From the IMG/VR virus record IMGVR_UViG_3300032323_001214, positions 185,607-249,606 of that record: DNA of 64,000 nt, one strand, 5' to 3'. Below the pieces are notes generated by a model. It did not search any database, had not been told where the DNA came from, and saw nothing but the letters and a program-made list of their open reading frames with translations. Below, in pieces: positions 1 to 11,400 of the stretch; positions within the stretch are counted from its first letter, which is position 1; each line of letters starts with the position of its first letter. The position numbers were made by a program, and so were the translations under genes.

Positions 1-30
1 ATTTGATACAGTAGCAAACTTACTAAAATA

Positions 31-57
31 AAAAAAGCGACTTAGGTCGCTTTTTTT
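31..57. terminator. Bidirectional intrinsic terminator hairpin
   Basis: A-tract, AGCGAC-TTAG-GTCGCT, T-tract; overlaps the stop of the minus-strand NUDIX gene. Confidence 0.8.
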
Positions 58-458
58 GTTAATGTGTTTAATTTATCTTGTACTACATCAAAATTAACTG
101 TACTGAATAATCCCGGATGTAATGGTTTGGGATATTGATTTCCACCCACCCAAGCATACCCGCAATGTTCTTCATTTAGTGTTGGTGTAAATTCTTCTGA
201 TACTTCACAGAAGAAAGTATGGTATGTAAATGTGTGATTTACAAATTTTTGTATGGGAATCAACTTAGCTTTCTTTGGAAAATATCCAATTTCTTCTTCA
301 CATTCTCTAGCAATTCCCTCAAGTAGTGTTTCATCTGATTCTATTTTACCACCTGGAATTCCCCAATTGCCCGGGTTCTTATTATCAGTTCGTAGTAAGT
401 AAAGGTAACGTTCTGTTTTTTTCGAATAAAAGAAAACACCACCGGACGTATTGTTCAT
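42..458 (-). CDS. NUDIX hydrolase
   Basis: Nudix box GGKIESDETLLEGIARECEEEIG (GX5EX7REUXEEXG). Confidence 0.9.
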   Translation of the reverse strand: MNNTSGGVFFYSKKTERYLYLLRTDNKNPGNWGIPGGKIESDETLLEGIARECEEEIGYFPKKAKLIPIQKFVNHTFTYHTFFCEVSEEFTPTLNEEHCGYAWVGGNQYPKPLHPGLFSTVNFDVVQDKLNTLTKKAT

Positions 459-482
459 TTTTAAATTATAACATTTAGTAAA

Positions 483-1847
483 TTAAATTACAATACTATA
501 ATCACCCTGTCCATACCAACCTTCCCAACTCTTCATCCAAATACCTTCAGTATATCGATACTGCACGTTAGTAGATAAATTAGTCACATATTGTATGTCT
601 GATAAATTAAAACTGTCAAATGCCACAGACCACGCACCTGAACTATATTCGATGATATCGTTTGCATTGGCTACCAGATCACCCCATGCAGTAGTAGTAT
701 CACCCGGACTTCCTATACTCTCAACAATCAAATATCTGCGACCGTTAACTGGTCCGGGTAATCCAGCATTGGGACCAGTAACTAACGGGTTTATCACACC
801 GTCAACCGGATCTAATGTATTTTGTGGTAGTGTGTCTGGATCGATAGTGTATATCAATAATCTATCATCAACTGGATCTGGTACAATAGTACCTACAATC
901 TCAGTATCCATATATGGGTTTTGTAACCATATCTGGCTAATACCGGGTCTTAATGTGCCGTACACGTTCAATAAACTGCTCCAATATAAACTTGTATTGG
1001 GGCTTGGTGGCAAATTCAAATCTTCATTATCAGGGTAAAAATCTTGATTAGCTGGTAATAACTGCAACGTGTTACCTAATAACAATAATTTATAACCATA
1101 TGGTGTAATCTTTTGACGAGTACCTAACAATAAATCATCATCTTGTATATCAGTGAGTGCTGTACCTCTGAATATACTTGCAATAATCTTTTGAATGACA
1201 CCAAACTTTTTAAGTTTAGCTGATGTGCTAATCCATATAGGCATGTAGAATTTCCAAGTTAACACATCGATCGGATTACCTGTGCCTTGTGGAATACTGC
1301 GACTACTGAAAGTTAATCCATCTTGATATACCACACTCAAACTAGTCCAATCAATGAAGTTATCAGTGGATTGAATTTCTAATGAAGGATTGAATAATGT
1401 TCCCAATTGTTCAATCAACTCTAATTTCTGATTGTAATTAGTAGTCCAAAAGTCAACAGTAATACGTAATGTATATGGTACTGGCATTAAACGTTCTACA
1501 GTAAATGCTTGTCCTTGTGTTTGTTCATAGCTTTGTGTATCAGCATTGTAAGCCCTCTGTCTAACGTTTATTCTATCAACAAACGTCGGGTCTTGTGTTC
1601 TTTTTTGATCATACTCTAAACCACTTATGTAGAATGTAATCAGAGGAGCACTTGGTAAGTTACTAGCGGTGTTATCAGCAAGGATAGTACTAGCTTGTCT
1701 ACTACTATCACCATACATAACAGGTACACGAACATAGATATCGTTACCTGCAGGGTCTTTGCCTTTAGTTACTTGCCAGTTGCTAAAGATTTTTGCAAAT
1801 TGAATTAAGAATCTGCGTATTTGATTATCGTAGAAAAATTGTGCCAT
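483..1847 (-). CDS. Tail terminator / sheath stabiliser, T4 gp15-like, with C-terminal extension
   Basis: FYDNQIRRFL...VPVMYG and PVPYTL...Q..EQ....FNP pattern of gp15-like proteins; next to neck gene. Confidence 0.7.
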   Translation of the reverse strand: MAQFFYDNQIRRFLIQFAKIFSNWQVTKGKDPAGNDIYVRVPVMYGDSSRQASTILADNTASNLPSAPLITFYISGLEYDQKRTQDPTFVDRINVRQRAYNADTQSYEQTQGQAFTVERLMPVPYTLRITVDFWTTNYNQKLELIEQLGTLFNPSLEIQSTDNFIDWTSLSVVYQDGLTFSSRSIPQGTGNPIDVLTWKFYMPIWISTSAKLKKFGVIQKIIASIFRGTALTDIQDDDLLLGTRQKITPYGYKLLLLGNTLQLLPANQDFYPDNEDLNLPPSPNTSLYWSSLLNVYGTLRPGISQIWLQNPYMDTEIVGTIVPDPVDDRLLIYTIDPDTLPQNTLDPVDGVINPLVTGPNAGLPGPVNGRRYLIVESIGSPGDTTTAWGDLVANANDIIEYSSGAWSVAFDSFNLSDIQYVTNLSTNVQYRYTEGIWMKSWEGWYGQGDYSIVI

Positions 1848-1850
1848 GTG

Positions 1851-3560
1851 TTAAGTTACCGGTGGTATTGGGTCTGGTGCTATTGTTAATATTGAAGACA
1901 ACGGTTGTGCTTGTGTAGTCGTAGTGCCGTCTGTCAATACAGTAACATTACTGTTATTTATGAAGCTAGAAGTCTGTGACAAATCTCCTGACGTAAATCC
2001 AGTCTGCGTTCTTACATTTTCTGATATACGAACCCACAGTCTTCCGTCCCAGCGATATAATATATTAGGAAGATAATCAATCCGTAAGAAGTAATCACCC
2101 ACTTGAGGATTTTGCGGGAACACTATACCTGCCCCTGTAGGTAATCCGTTAGGAGCAGTACCGTCACCATCTAAATATCCCATTGTATAACCGAATGTTC
2201 TAGGTGTACTACGTGCGATAAATTGGTATGCCGGATCACAGTCTGCTCTAAAGTCCATTTGAGTAGAAATAGTTCCAGTGAAACCTGGCAATTCTGGATT
2301 TTGGTCTGCTGTAGCATAAGTATTATCCGCAGTACCATATGGACCAGTTATTGCGCCTAGTGAATTGACAACTAGTACTCTGTCTCCCTCAACAGGGCCC
2401 GAGCCAGTACCTATTCTAGTGGGCGCCAGTTGCATTGTTTCTAAATTTATTGACTGATATGATTGTAGTTCTGGTATCCCAGTATCTGCTGTCATATCCC
2501 AAATGCTCATTGCAACTTCTCTGCTAATTCTAATAGCCGGGCTAGGATTTTTATAGTTTGGATTACGCATCATTACGACCGTGCCCACAGCCGGAATAGG
2601 CGCGCCACTTGAACTAATATTGATATTGATAGGAGGAGCAGGCTGATTGTACTTTCCTGACAACTCAGTATTAGTTTCATATTCTCCGTAAGTAGGTACT
2701 ACATATAAATTAGAACGATCATAACCTGCTTTAGGAACAAGGCGCCTGGCTTCTTCTAGAATTGCATTATTGACTTGTATATTTTTATTATAGGTTGCCA
2801 TAATATCTTTGAGATTCTGATTTGGATCGAGTTCCCAATAAGTATCATCAGGCGGCGCTATACCTATAGGTACTTCAATTTTACTAGTATAGTTTTTATC
2901 ACCATAGCTAATAACATAACCCGGCGGATATGTTTTAGTACTATCCCATAATCCTAAATAATTATCTTGGTTAATGGGTTCTTGTAATATCTGGCTAAAT
3001 TCTTGACTATCAACTAATGGCTCGCATTTAATACGCCACAAGTGTGGATACCATGTTTGACTAAAACCTTCACTTGCATAATTCGAATCAGTAACTTGAT
3101 AAAATCGTTTTAATGCAACCGGAATAGTATCTCTTAATGGATTGTAATCGACCAAGTGAGGTAATTCTAATACATCGCCTACCATTAGTTTACGACCCAT
3201 TATATCAATCATATCATTATAGTGAACCACTATGAAAATAATATCATTATTTAAAAATAATCCAAACTGTGATAAATCAAAATCTAAATTCTGTACATTA
3301 TAATGTCCGCGCAAACGGTAAATATTCGTATCGTATACTCTATCCCTATTTTCTAAAAATAACAAATCTTGAATATTTTCAGGTCGCAATACATCATACT
3401 GCGGTTGAGTATAATCCACTGACGGAGTAGCTGCACTAGGACCTAAATATTTGTGAATATATAAATCCGTCCCACCTACAGTTAATTGCTCCGATATTGT
3501 TCTATCGAAGAAACGATAATCGTTTTGTTTATTTGGACGGTATAAGGATAATCTTGGCAT
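1851..3560 (-). CDS. Neck / head-closure protein, T4 gp14-like, enlarged
   Basis: LSQFGLFL, GDVLELPHL and W..KCE motifs; late promoter upstream; clusters with gp13/gp15-like genes. Confidence 0.65.
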   Translation of the reverse strand: MPRLSLYRPNKQNDYRFFDRTISEQLTVGGTDLYIHKYLGPSAATPSVDYTQPQYDVLRPENIQDLLFLENRDRVYDTNIYRLRGHYNVQNLDFDLSQFGLFLNNDIIFIVVHYNDMIDIMGRKLMVGDVLELPHLVDYNPLRDTIPVALKRFYQVTDSNYASEGFSQTWYPHLWRIKCEPLVDSQEFSQILQEPINQDNYLGLWDSTKTYPPGYVISYGDKNYTSKIEVPIGIAPPDDTYWELDPNQNLKDIMATYNKNIQVNNAILEEARRLVPKAGYDRSNLYVVPTYGEYETNTELSGKYNQPAPPININISSSGAPIPAVGTVVMMRNPNYKNPSPAIRISREVAMSIWDMTADTGIPELQSYQSINLETMQLAPTRIGTGSGPVEGDRVLVVNSLGAITGPYGTADNTYATADQNPELPGFTGTISTQMDFRADCDPAYQFIARSTPRTFGYTMGYLDGDGTAPNGLPTGAGIVFPQNPQVGDYFLRIDYLPNILYRWDGRLWVRISENVRTQTGFTSGDLSQTSSFINNSNVTVLTDGTTTTQAQPLSSILTIAPDPIPPVT

Positions 3561-3565
3561 AATAG

Positions 3566-3573
3566 TATTTATC
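3566..3573 (-). promoter_or_regulatory. Late promoter box GATAAATA
   Basis: TATTTATC on + strand, 5 nt upstream of the neck gene ATG. Confidence 0.7.
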
Positions 3574-3600
3574 GCAATGTACTTTGGTTAAATACCGCGG

Positions 3601-3629
3601 TTGACAATAAATATGGGCTGTGTTATAAT
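3601..3629 (+). promoter_or_regulatory. Sigma70-type early promoter
   Basis: TTGACA-17 nt-TATAAT with TG extended -10. Confidence 0.9.
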
Positions 3630-3656
3630 GACTAAATCATAGTAAAGGAGTGCCTG

Positions 3657-4814
3657 ATGGCAACACGTAAACGCAATTCAGAAGACCACAGTCAAGTTAA
3701 AGCATTGAATCCACGTGATGTGGATGTGCAATATTACGGTGAAGAACCGTTGTTTGTACTACAACCAGACGAAGATAGACGTAGGGTCGCACTAATGCGT
3801 TCGTTCACTTGGTACAATCGTTTCTATGGCAAGAAAGATGCTAAAGAACTTATGTGCCAATTTCTTGATTTGAATGGCAGACCCAATGACGCAAAAATTA
3901 TGCGTAAGATTCACGAAAATGAATTTTTAATGACATTGTGCTGGCTTGCCCGTATGAAATTGCGTGGACTTTCACTAACCGAGCATGAAGAACTAACACT
4001 TGAAAATGAGATCGGACGGTTGTTGAAGATTGTACACAAACCTGAAGAAATTAAGGTGGAGATTGATACACCTGCAAGACCTAATATTCAGGATATTTTG
4101 CGTGATAAAGCAAAAGATGCTGCCGGTGAACTTGAAGGAATGTTTGATGAATTTATTCTCAATGGCAAATCAAGCTTAAAAACAATGGATGTAGTTGCAA
4201 AGTTTAATGTCATGCCACAGCATATCAGTTTGATTACTGATATTTGGAAAAGGAAACAAAGCGAATTTGAAGAATTGCAAAAAGGGCTTGATAAGCAATT
4301 GAATGAAGGCTATAATCATTTGACAAAAATTCAAGTGCGTAATATCATCAAATACATTGAAAATGTATTGGCTGATTTGAATGCATATATTTCAGTTAAG
4401 AAAGCCTCCAAAGCTCCTCGTCAACGTAAAGCAGTACCCGTTGAAAAGATTGTGGCTAAGCTTAAGTATCTGAAAACATTTAAGGATACTATTACTAAAC
4501 TTGATTTGATTAGTATCAGTCCTGTGAAACTACATGGTGCAAGTGAAGCATGGGTTTATGATACTGCAAAACGCAAATTGCATCACTATATTGCCGATGA
4601 CTACAGTAAAGCATTTACTGTTAAAGGTAATACATTGCTAGGATTTGACACAACAAAGTCAGAGATTAAAACATTGCGTAAACCCGCAGAACAATTGAAA
4701 GAAGTAATGGGTAGCAAACCGGCCGCTCGTAAATATTTCAATGATATTAAAGCAGTCGCTACAACACCAAACGGCCGCTTCAATGAAGGTATGATTATTT
4801 TGAAAGCATTTTAA
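3657..4814 (+). CDS. Hypothetical phage protein (early)
   Basis: 385-aa ORF with AAGGAG SD, downstream of a consensus promoter. Confidence 0.75.
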   Translation: MATRKRNSEDHSQVKALNPRDVDVQYYGEEPLFVLQPDEDRRRVALMRSFTWYNRFYGKKDAKELMCQFLDLNGRPNDAKIMRKIHENEFLMTLCWLARMKLRGLSLTEHEELTLENEIGRLLKIVHKPEEIKVEIDTPARPNIQDILRDKAKDAAGELEGMFDEFILNGKSSLKTMDVVAKFNVMPQHISLITDIWKRKQSEFEELQKGLDKQLNEGYNHLTKIQVRNIIKYIENVLADLNAYISVKKASKAPRQRKAVPVEKIVAKLKYLKTFKDTITKLDLISISPVKLHGASEAWVYDTAKRKLHHYIADDYSKAFTVKGNTLLGFDTTKSEIKTLRKPAEQLKEVMGSKPAARKYFNDIKAVATTPNGRFNEGMIILKAF

Positions 4815-5233
4815 TGAGTAATATTGATTTAAACAAATACAAAAATTTTGTAGAAGCTGTAACAAGCAAAGCAAGTAATGACTTGACTACATTTATGAAC
4901 CGTTGTGATGAACTTGACGGTAATGACGGGGGTCCTGATATCAACGTTCCACTATTGCTTACGGCTTGTCTAGGATTAGCGGCTGAAGGTGGCGAGTTTA
5001 TCGAAGTGCCCAAAAAGATGTTTTTTCAGGGTAAACCACTGACAGAAGCTGAGGTCTTTCACTTGAAACGTGAACTCGGTGATGTTATGTGGTATTGGAT
5101 TAATGCTTGTCGTGCATTGAATCTTGATCCTAATGAAGTAATTGATGAGAATGTGCGTAAACTAGAAAGTCGATATCCCGGTGGCAGTTTCGATGCTCAT
5201 TATAGTGAGAATCGAAAAAAAGGTGATATATGA
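4814..5233 (+). CDS. mazG: MazG-like nucleotide pyrophosphohydrolase
   Basis: GLAAEGGEF.E..KK and KRELGDVMWY motifs; NVRKLESRYP. Confidence 0.85.
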   Translation: MSNIDLNKYKNFVEAVTSKASNDLTTFMNRCDELDGNDGGPDINVPLLLTACLGLAAEGGEFIEVPKKMFFQGKPLTEAEVFHLKRELGDVMWYWINACRALNLDPNEVIDENVRKLESRYPGGSFDAHYSENRKKGDI

Positions 5234-6102
5234 AGGGTCAAAAAATAGTTTTTTCATCTTTGGGAAACACTCAGTACCCTCATTTTAACTATGAAGAATA
5301 CGGGGTAAAGGGATTTGGTAAATTGCGATCCCCTATCATTTCTATGGATCAGTATATTGATCATAGTCAAGATACCGAACTACACATTGAATGTTGTAAA
5401 GGACTTGCACTAACAAATGATTATAAGATGGGAATGGTATATGGTGATTTAATACCTGAGGAAGAAGCAAAGCACAATAATCATACTAGCTGGACAAATA
5501 CATTAAATAATCTTGAAAAAATTGACCCAACCGGAATCCATCACAAAGCATTACTCGAAGTCGCTGAAAGAGCGGGACCTGGTAAAGAAATGCAAGCAAT
5601 GTATAAGTATGCTTATTTTGCTTTAGGTTCAGTCATACCTTGGTTTTTTGCCTGCTACTTAAAGCAAGGTGGGTTCAGTGATAAGAGCAAAGGTAATGAA
5701 AACTGGACACCTGCCGCGGCATATTTTCCTAAATTACTTAAATATATCGAAACGTTACCCTTTAAGGAAATAGGAAGAATAATGTTTTTTACAACCTATC
5801 CTAAATCAGGGGTTGCAGTACACAGAGATAGTATAGTTACAGAGCACAAGGATCATAATATAAACTTGTTTTTTGATGGTGGCTGGAGACCTAGTTTTAT
5901 ATGGGACGAAAAAACTAAAGAAAAACATTATCTTGCGTCTGGCTCTCGCAGTTATTTCTTTAATAATAGAGATTATCACGGTGTAGATCCTGAACCAGTT
6001 TTTAGATATACCTTGAGAATTGATGGAACCTTTACTGATGAAATGTGTGAGAAATTGAATCTTGAGGATGGTTATACTTGGAAATGGTCATATGAAGAAT
6101 GA
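5230..6102 (+). CDS. Putative Fe(II)/2-oxoglutarate oxygenase (AspH-like jelly-roll)
   Basis: HRD ... YHGV ... R facial-triad pattern in the C-terminal half. Confidence 0.55.
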   Translation: MKGQKIVFSSLGNTQYPHFNYEEYGVKGFGKLRSPIISMDQYIDHSQDTELHIECCKGLALTNDYKMGMVYGDLIPEEEAKHNNHTSWTNTLNNLEKIDPTGIHHKALLEVAERAGPGKEMQAMYKYAYFALGSVIPWFFACYLKQGGFSDKSKGNENWTPAAAYFPKLLKYIETLPFKEIGRIMFFTTYPKSGVAVHRDSIVTEHKDHNINLFFDGGWRPSFIWDEKTKEKHYLASGSRSYFFNNRDYHGVDPEPVFRYTLRIDGTFTDEMCEKLNLEDGYTWKWSYEE

Positions 6103-6113
6103 TTTTGTTTCCC

Positions 6114-6121
6114 GATAAATA
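6114..6121 (+). promoter_or_regulatory. Late promoter box GATAAATA
   Basis: Recurrent octamer upstream of structural genes, analogous to T4 TATAAATA. Confidence 0.75.
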
Positions 6122-6139
6122 CATTATCAGGAAACTAAT

Positions 6140-6943
6140 ATGACAACAGCGACAAATCAAACAGCAAGTGTTCTTGCAACGCCGTCAGGCCTTACACTAG
6201 ACGAATTAAAACAAGCAATCTTTAACAATGTAAGATTACGTCTAGGTGATGGTATAATTGATTTAGAATTAGACCCTCAACATTATGAGGCAGCATATAA
6301 CTATGCTATCAAAATATATCGTCAAAGAGCACAAAATGCTACCTCGGAATCGTACACCTTATTTACGGTGGAAAAGAACGTAGATACATATACATTACCT
6401 CAAGAGTTTATTAACGTTAGGTGTCTATATAGAAGAACTGTTGGTTTAGAGACCGGTCCTGGCTCAAGTAGTTTCGACCCATTTTCAAGTGCTATTCTTA
6501 ATACATACCTATTAAATTATAATGTAGCCGGAGGATTAGCAACATATGACTTTTATGCAGGTTATGTTGAACTATCAGCTAGAATGTTTGGCGGATACTT
6601 AACCTACACTTTTGATCCTGTTACAAAAGTCATGCGTATCGTAAGAGACTTTAAAGGTAGCGGAGAGAAGGTTTTAATTTGGGCTGATGTACAAAAACCA
6701 GAATCAGTTTTGTTACAAGATCCGGGTTCGGGTGTTTGGATAGGTGATTGGATTTATGCTACTCTAAAAGGTATTATAGGTGAGGCCCGTGAAAAGTTTG
6801 CTACTATTGCAGGACCTGGTGGCGGCACTAGTTTGAACGGTTCAGCTATGAAGGCAGAATCAAAAGCACTTCAAGAAGGACTTATTGAAGAATTAAAACG
6901 ATATATTGATTATTCACAGCCTCTAACTTGGGTTCAGGGATAA
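6140..6943 (+). CDS. Neck protein, T4 gp13-like
   Basis: RLGDGIIDLEL N-terminus and KF..I.GPGGG.SLNG C-terminus typical of gp13. Confidence 0.8.
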   Translation: MTTATNQTASVLATPSGLTLDELKQAIFNNVRLRLGDGIIDLELDPQHYEAAYNYAIKIYRQRAQNATSESYTLFTVEKNVDTYTLPQEFINVRCLYRRTVGLETGPGSSSFDPFSSAILNTYLLNYNVAGGLATYDFYAGYVELSARMFGGYLTYTFDPVTKVMRIVRDFKGSGEKVLIWADVQKPESVLLQDPGSGVWIGDWIYATLKGIIGEAREKFATIAGPGGGTSLNGSAMKAESKALQEGLIEELKRYIDYSQPLTWVQG

Positions 6944-6944
6944 A

Positions 6945-7328
6945 ATGAAGATTAGCGAATTACTAGAATCGTACAGAGATACAACATTACCTTTAGGTAA
7001 GTATAGAGGCCCATACGATCCTAGGACAATGCAACATTATTCTGATGAACATATCGATTCATCCGAGTTAACTGATATTGTCGAAGAACTAATAGACGAC
7101 GGCTACGAGCCAGAAGTTGTGAGAATGGATCCAAAAAATCTCACTGCAACACAAGACTGGTTAAGTGATTATGGTAGTGATGAAGCAATGTTCCCTGAGT
7201 ACACAGACAGACCAGTGGTTCTGAGAGATGGTCAGCATTTCTATATACTAGATGGGCATCATAGAGTAGCATCAGCATTAAAAGCTAACAAACCGGTAAC
7301 TGTCTATCTGTTTAACGAATTAGATTGA
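6945..7328 (+). CDS. ParB/Srx-like domain protein with MKISELLE leader
   Basis: L.ATQ and P.V...G..YILDGHHR motifs. Confidence 0.7.
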   Translation: MKISELLESYRDTTLPLGKYRGPYDPRTMQHYSDEHIDSSELTDIVEELIDDGYEPEVVRMDPKNLTATQDWLSDYGSDEAMFPEYTDRPVVLRDGQHFYILDGHHRVASALKANKPVTVYLFNELD

Positions 7329-7387
7329 ACCTTATAGCTTTTCTTTTTCACACTCCTGTAGTATACTAAGTACTACGGGAGTTTTTT

Positions 7388-8020
7388 ATGATTATAGGAA
7401 TTACGGGACTAATTTCGAGCGGTAAAGATACAATCGCTGATTATCTTTGCACATTTCATGGATTTAAACGATTGAGTTTTGCGGCTAGTCTTAAAGATGC
7501 AGTGTCAAGTGTATTTGGTTGGGATAGAGAATTATTAGAAGGCTCTACTAAAACTAGCAGAGAATGGCGGGAACAAACTGACTCTTGGTGGAGTACACGT
7601 TTGCAAATGGAAATCACACCTAGGCGTGTTCTGCAATACTGGGGTACAGAAGTGTTCAGAAATCACTTTCATACTGATATCTGGGTTGCAAGTGTAGAGA
7701 ACAAACTACGTCAAAGTACCGATAATATTGTCATCACTGATTGTCGTTTTGCCAATGAAGTTAATGCTATTAAACGAGTAGGTGGAATCACTGCAAGAGT
7801 TGAGCGGGGAAATAAACCCGAGTGGTATGATGCGGCAGTTTCGTTTAACAAAGGTGAATTTGGAAATATGACTTGGTCTTTAAGCAAGTCTAAATTAGAT
7901 AAATTGGGTGTTCATGCTAGCGAATACTCAAGTGTGGGCTTGTCCTACGATCATTATATCGACAATAACAAAACTATTGATGACTTACATAAACAAGTTG
8001 AATCAATAATCAACTTGTAA
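7388..8020 (+). CDS. Deoxynucleoside monophosphate kinase (T4 gp1-like)
   Basis: IIGITGLISSGKDT P-loop, SFA..LK, TPR..LQ.WGTE, ITDCRF.NE, H.SE. Confidence 0.9.
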   Translation: MIIGITGLISSGKDTIADYLCTFHGFKRLSFAASLKDAVSSVFGWDRELLEGSTKTSREWREQTDSWWSTRLQMEITPRRVLQYWGTEVFRNHFHTDIWVASVENKLRQSTDNIVITDCRFANEVNAIKRVGGITARVERGNKPEWYDAAVSFNKGEFGNMTWSLSKSKLDKLGVHASEYSSVGLSYDHYIDNNKTIDDLHKQVESIINL

Positions 8021-8350
8021 ATCCCCACGTTTCCAAGTAACTTCTTTCTTTTTAACAACTTCAACACAGTTAAGACATATACTACGTAGGTTAGTCATCT
8101 TACAGTTATCTAGATCACCGTCTATATGATATACTGTAATTTGACTAGACAATGTGCTATGAAATCCACATAAATCACATGTGGATTTTTTTTTGTATCC
8201 CGCAGTTTTCCATCTAGGACTTCTGGGTTTTAGTTTTTTCTTTTTACGACCACATTCATCACACATACTACGATAGTGTGTTACACCTTCACGGATATAA
8301 TTCACTGCACATTGATTTTTTCCACATGTTGAACAGATAGGTCTTGGCAT
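8003..8350 (-). CDS. Small Zn-binding HNH-like protein
   Basis: Multiple CxxC pairs and HIDGDLDNC...NL.SICLNC. Confidence 0.6.
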   Translation of the reverse strand: MPRPICSTCGKNQCAVNYIREGVTHYRSMCDECGRKKKKLKPRSPRWKTAGYKKKSTCDLCGFHSTLSSQITVYHIDGDLDNCKMTNLRSICLNCVEVVKKKEVTWKRGDLQVDY

Positions 8351-8407
8351 CTATTATTTAGTAGGGACCTTCGAAGGTACGCTAAACCAGTCTTTTTTGA
8401 TTTTTTT

Positions 8408-8415
8408 ACTAAATA
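8408..8415 (+). promoter_or_regulatory. Late promoter box variant ACTAAATA
   Basis: Upstream of tail sheath; a divergent copy lies at 8355-8362 on the minus strand. Confidence 0.6.
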
Positions 8416-8471
8416 ATAATATGCATTTTTAGGTGGTAAACCTCATAATTTTACAATAAAGGAAAAATAAA

Positions 8472-11400
8472 ATGGCACTAACATCTCCAGGCGTAGAAGT
8501 AACGATTACAGACCAAAGTCAGTATTTACCCGCGCCTACAAATTCCGTCCCTCTTGTAGTATTAGCAACAGCACAAAATAAAGCCGATGCTAGTGGTACA
8601 GGGGTTGCAGCCGCTACAACAGCAGCGAATGCAAATAAATTATATCAAGTAACAAGTCAACGTGATCTAGTAAACCTGTACGGTACACCATTCTTCTATA
8701 CAACAGCAAATGGTACACCAATTCAAGGATATGAACTAAACGAATATGGACTATTAGCCGCATACAGCTTGTTGGGAGTTACAAATCGTTGTTACGTTTT
8801 ACGTGCTGATATCGATTTAGCAAGTTTAGTGGGTCAAACAGGACGTCCGACTGGATTACCCGCAAATAATACATATTGGTTAGATACTACTACCTCTACA
8901 TGGGGTATCTATGAATTTAACGCAACTACTGGCGACTTTACGTTACAAACACCTATTGTTATAACTGATGCTAATGATTTGTTAAGTGGCGTTCCTTTAG
9001 CAAGTATCGGTAATATTGGTGATTATGCAGTTGATGCGACACAAATTACCACAGACCCTACAGATACTAGTCGAACATATTGGTATAAAAGTTCTAATAA
9101 CGCTTGGATAATTTTAGGTGCAGGAGACTGGAGAAGAGATATACCTACAGTACAAGGTTCAACATCTAATCCTACTTTAACTACAGGCGAGTCATTTACT
9201 ATAAATGTATCAGATGCATGGTCTACCGTTGTTGTTGTACCTTCAGCTCCTAATAATACTGTAGAAGGTATTGCTAGTGTAATTAATACACCTAACTTTT
9301 CAACTATAAGTGCTGAAGTGCGTAATGGAAAATTATGTCTATTTAGTAATCAATTATTGAGCACACCAGCGTCTATCACATTATCAGAAACATCTGGTAC
9401 ACCATTGGCAGATATGGGTATTAGTACAGGTATTTACTACCAACCAGTATTGCAATATGGCACTAGTGCTCAAATGCCATTATGGACATCAAGTCAAACA
9501 TTTCCTAGACCAACAGGATCTGTATGGATTAAAGTTGGTGCAGCTGGTAATGGATTGAATCCAAAAATATCTCGTTTCAATTCAACCACAGCAGCGTGGC
9601 AATTAAAGAACACTACATTGAGTACATCAGACTGGACTATGACAAGTCAGTTAGATTCAAGTGGTGGTCAAGCTATTCCTGCAGGATCAATATATGGTCA
9701 ATATTCCTATGACGGTACAACAAGCAGTTCTCCGTTGTATTTTTGGGAAAGAATTGCAACTGGACCAACTATTATTACTGGCAGCGCTACATCACCTGCA
9801 TTCAATAGTGGTCCATACTATATGAATGTATTTGTCAGTATACCCGGTTCAACTACAGTGAGCAGTGCGTATAATTTCACATTAGCAGATAACACAGATG
9901 CTATTGATTTTGTAACAGCATGGGCAGCAACAGGTATTCCATATACAACGGCAGCAGTTAACTCTGACGGTGCGATTGTGTTGACTCACACTGAAGGCGG
10001 TGAAATTCTTTTAGATGATACTGTAAATTCATCATTTGTTTCAACAGGTGTGTCTAGCGGACTAGTAACTACTGCTGGTTTTAATATTGGTGTTACTACG
10101 GGTGTAAAATTTGGACCTTCAGTAACCGCAACTTTTACTTCTGCACCACAAACCACGACAACTGGAGTTGGTAGTGGGGCAACATTTAATATAATTTCAC
10201 GATTGAACACGTACATTTTGGGTGGGACAGCTAATCGTGGTGTAACCAGTGGTGGTAGTGGATATGTTGTTGGTGACGCCATAGTTATTGCAGGTACTAG
10301 CTTAGGCGGAACAAGCCCAGCAAATAACTTAGAGGTAAGAGTAACAGCAGTTTCATCTGGTGCAGTAACAGCAGTTACTCTAACAGATGTTGATAGTCAA
10401 CCTAATTCAAAATTCATGACTCAATTGAGTAATTGGGTAGAATTCACATACGAATCAAATGAAGGTGAGCCTGCAGTTGAACCAGTTGATAATACAAATT
10501 GGTTCTGGAGCGTTACTAATCAAGTTGACATTATGGTTCAAAAAGGTAACGCATGGATTGGTTATAGAAATACAGCATATGATTCATCTGGTTTCCCTGC
10601 TGCTAGTGGATCAAATACTACTGATCCAAACGGTCCTATAATCTCGGCAACTGCTCCAACAACGCAAAGCGATGGTACTTCATTGACATACGGTGATATT
10701 TGGATTGATACTACCGACCTAGAAAACTACCCAGTTATATATCGCTGGCAGTTGTCAAGTGGTGTAGATCAGTGGGTGTTAATTAACAATACTGATCAAG
10801 TTAGTTCCACAGGTGTACTGTTTGCAGATGCACGTTGGGCTACATCAGGTTCAGTAAACGTTACAGACGATCCTATTCCAACAATCGTGAGTTTATTGTC
10901 AAGTAACTATCTTGACTTAGACGCACCTAGTCCAACTCTATATCCTCAAGGTATGTTACTGTTTAATACACGCCGTTCAGGTTATAACGTTAAACAATTC
11001 CGCACTAACTATTTTAATGCAACAAGTTTCCCCGGTGAGTCATTGCCTAATGAGACAAATGCATGGGTAACAGTAAGTGGTAATCAGTCAGACGGTTCTC
11101 CTTATATGGGCCGCAAAGCACAACGTGCTATGGTAGTACAAGCATTACGTTCATCAATTGACACTAATACTGCAATTCGTGATGAAGATAACTTCTTCAA
11201 CTTGATGGCATCACCTAACTATCCAGAAATGCAACCTAACATGATTGTATTGAATGCTGATCGCGGTGAAACAGCTTACATTATTGGTGATACCCCAATG
11301 GGTCTACCTGATAATGCAACTGACATTCAAGCATGGGCAAATAATGATGCAGGTGCAACAAGCACAGGTGAAGATGGTCTAGTGACACGTAACACTTATT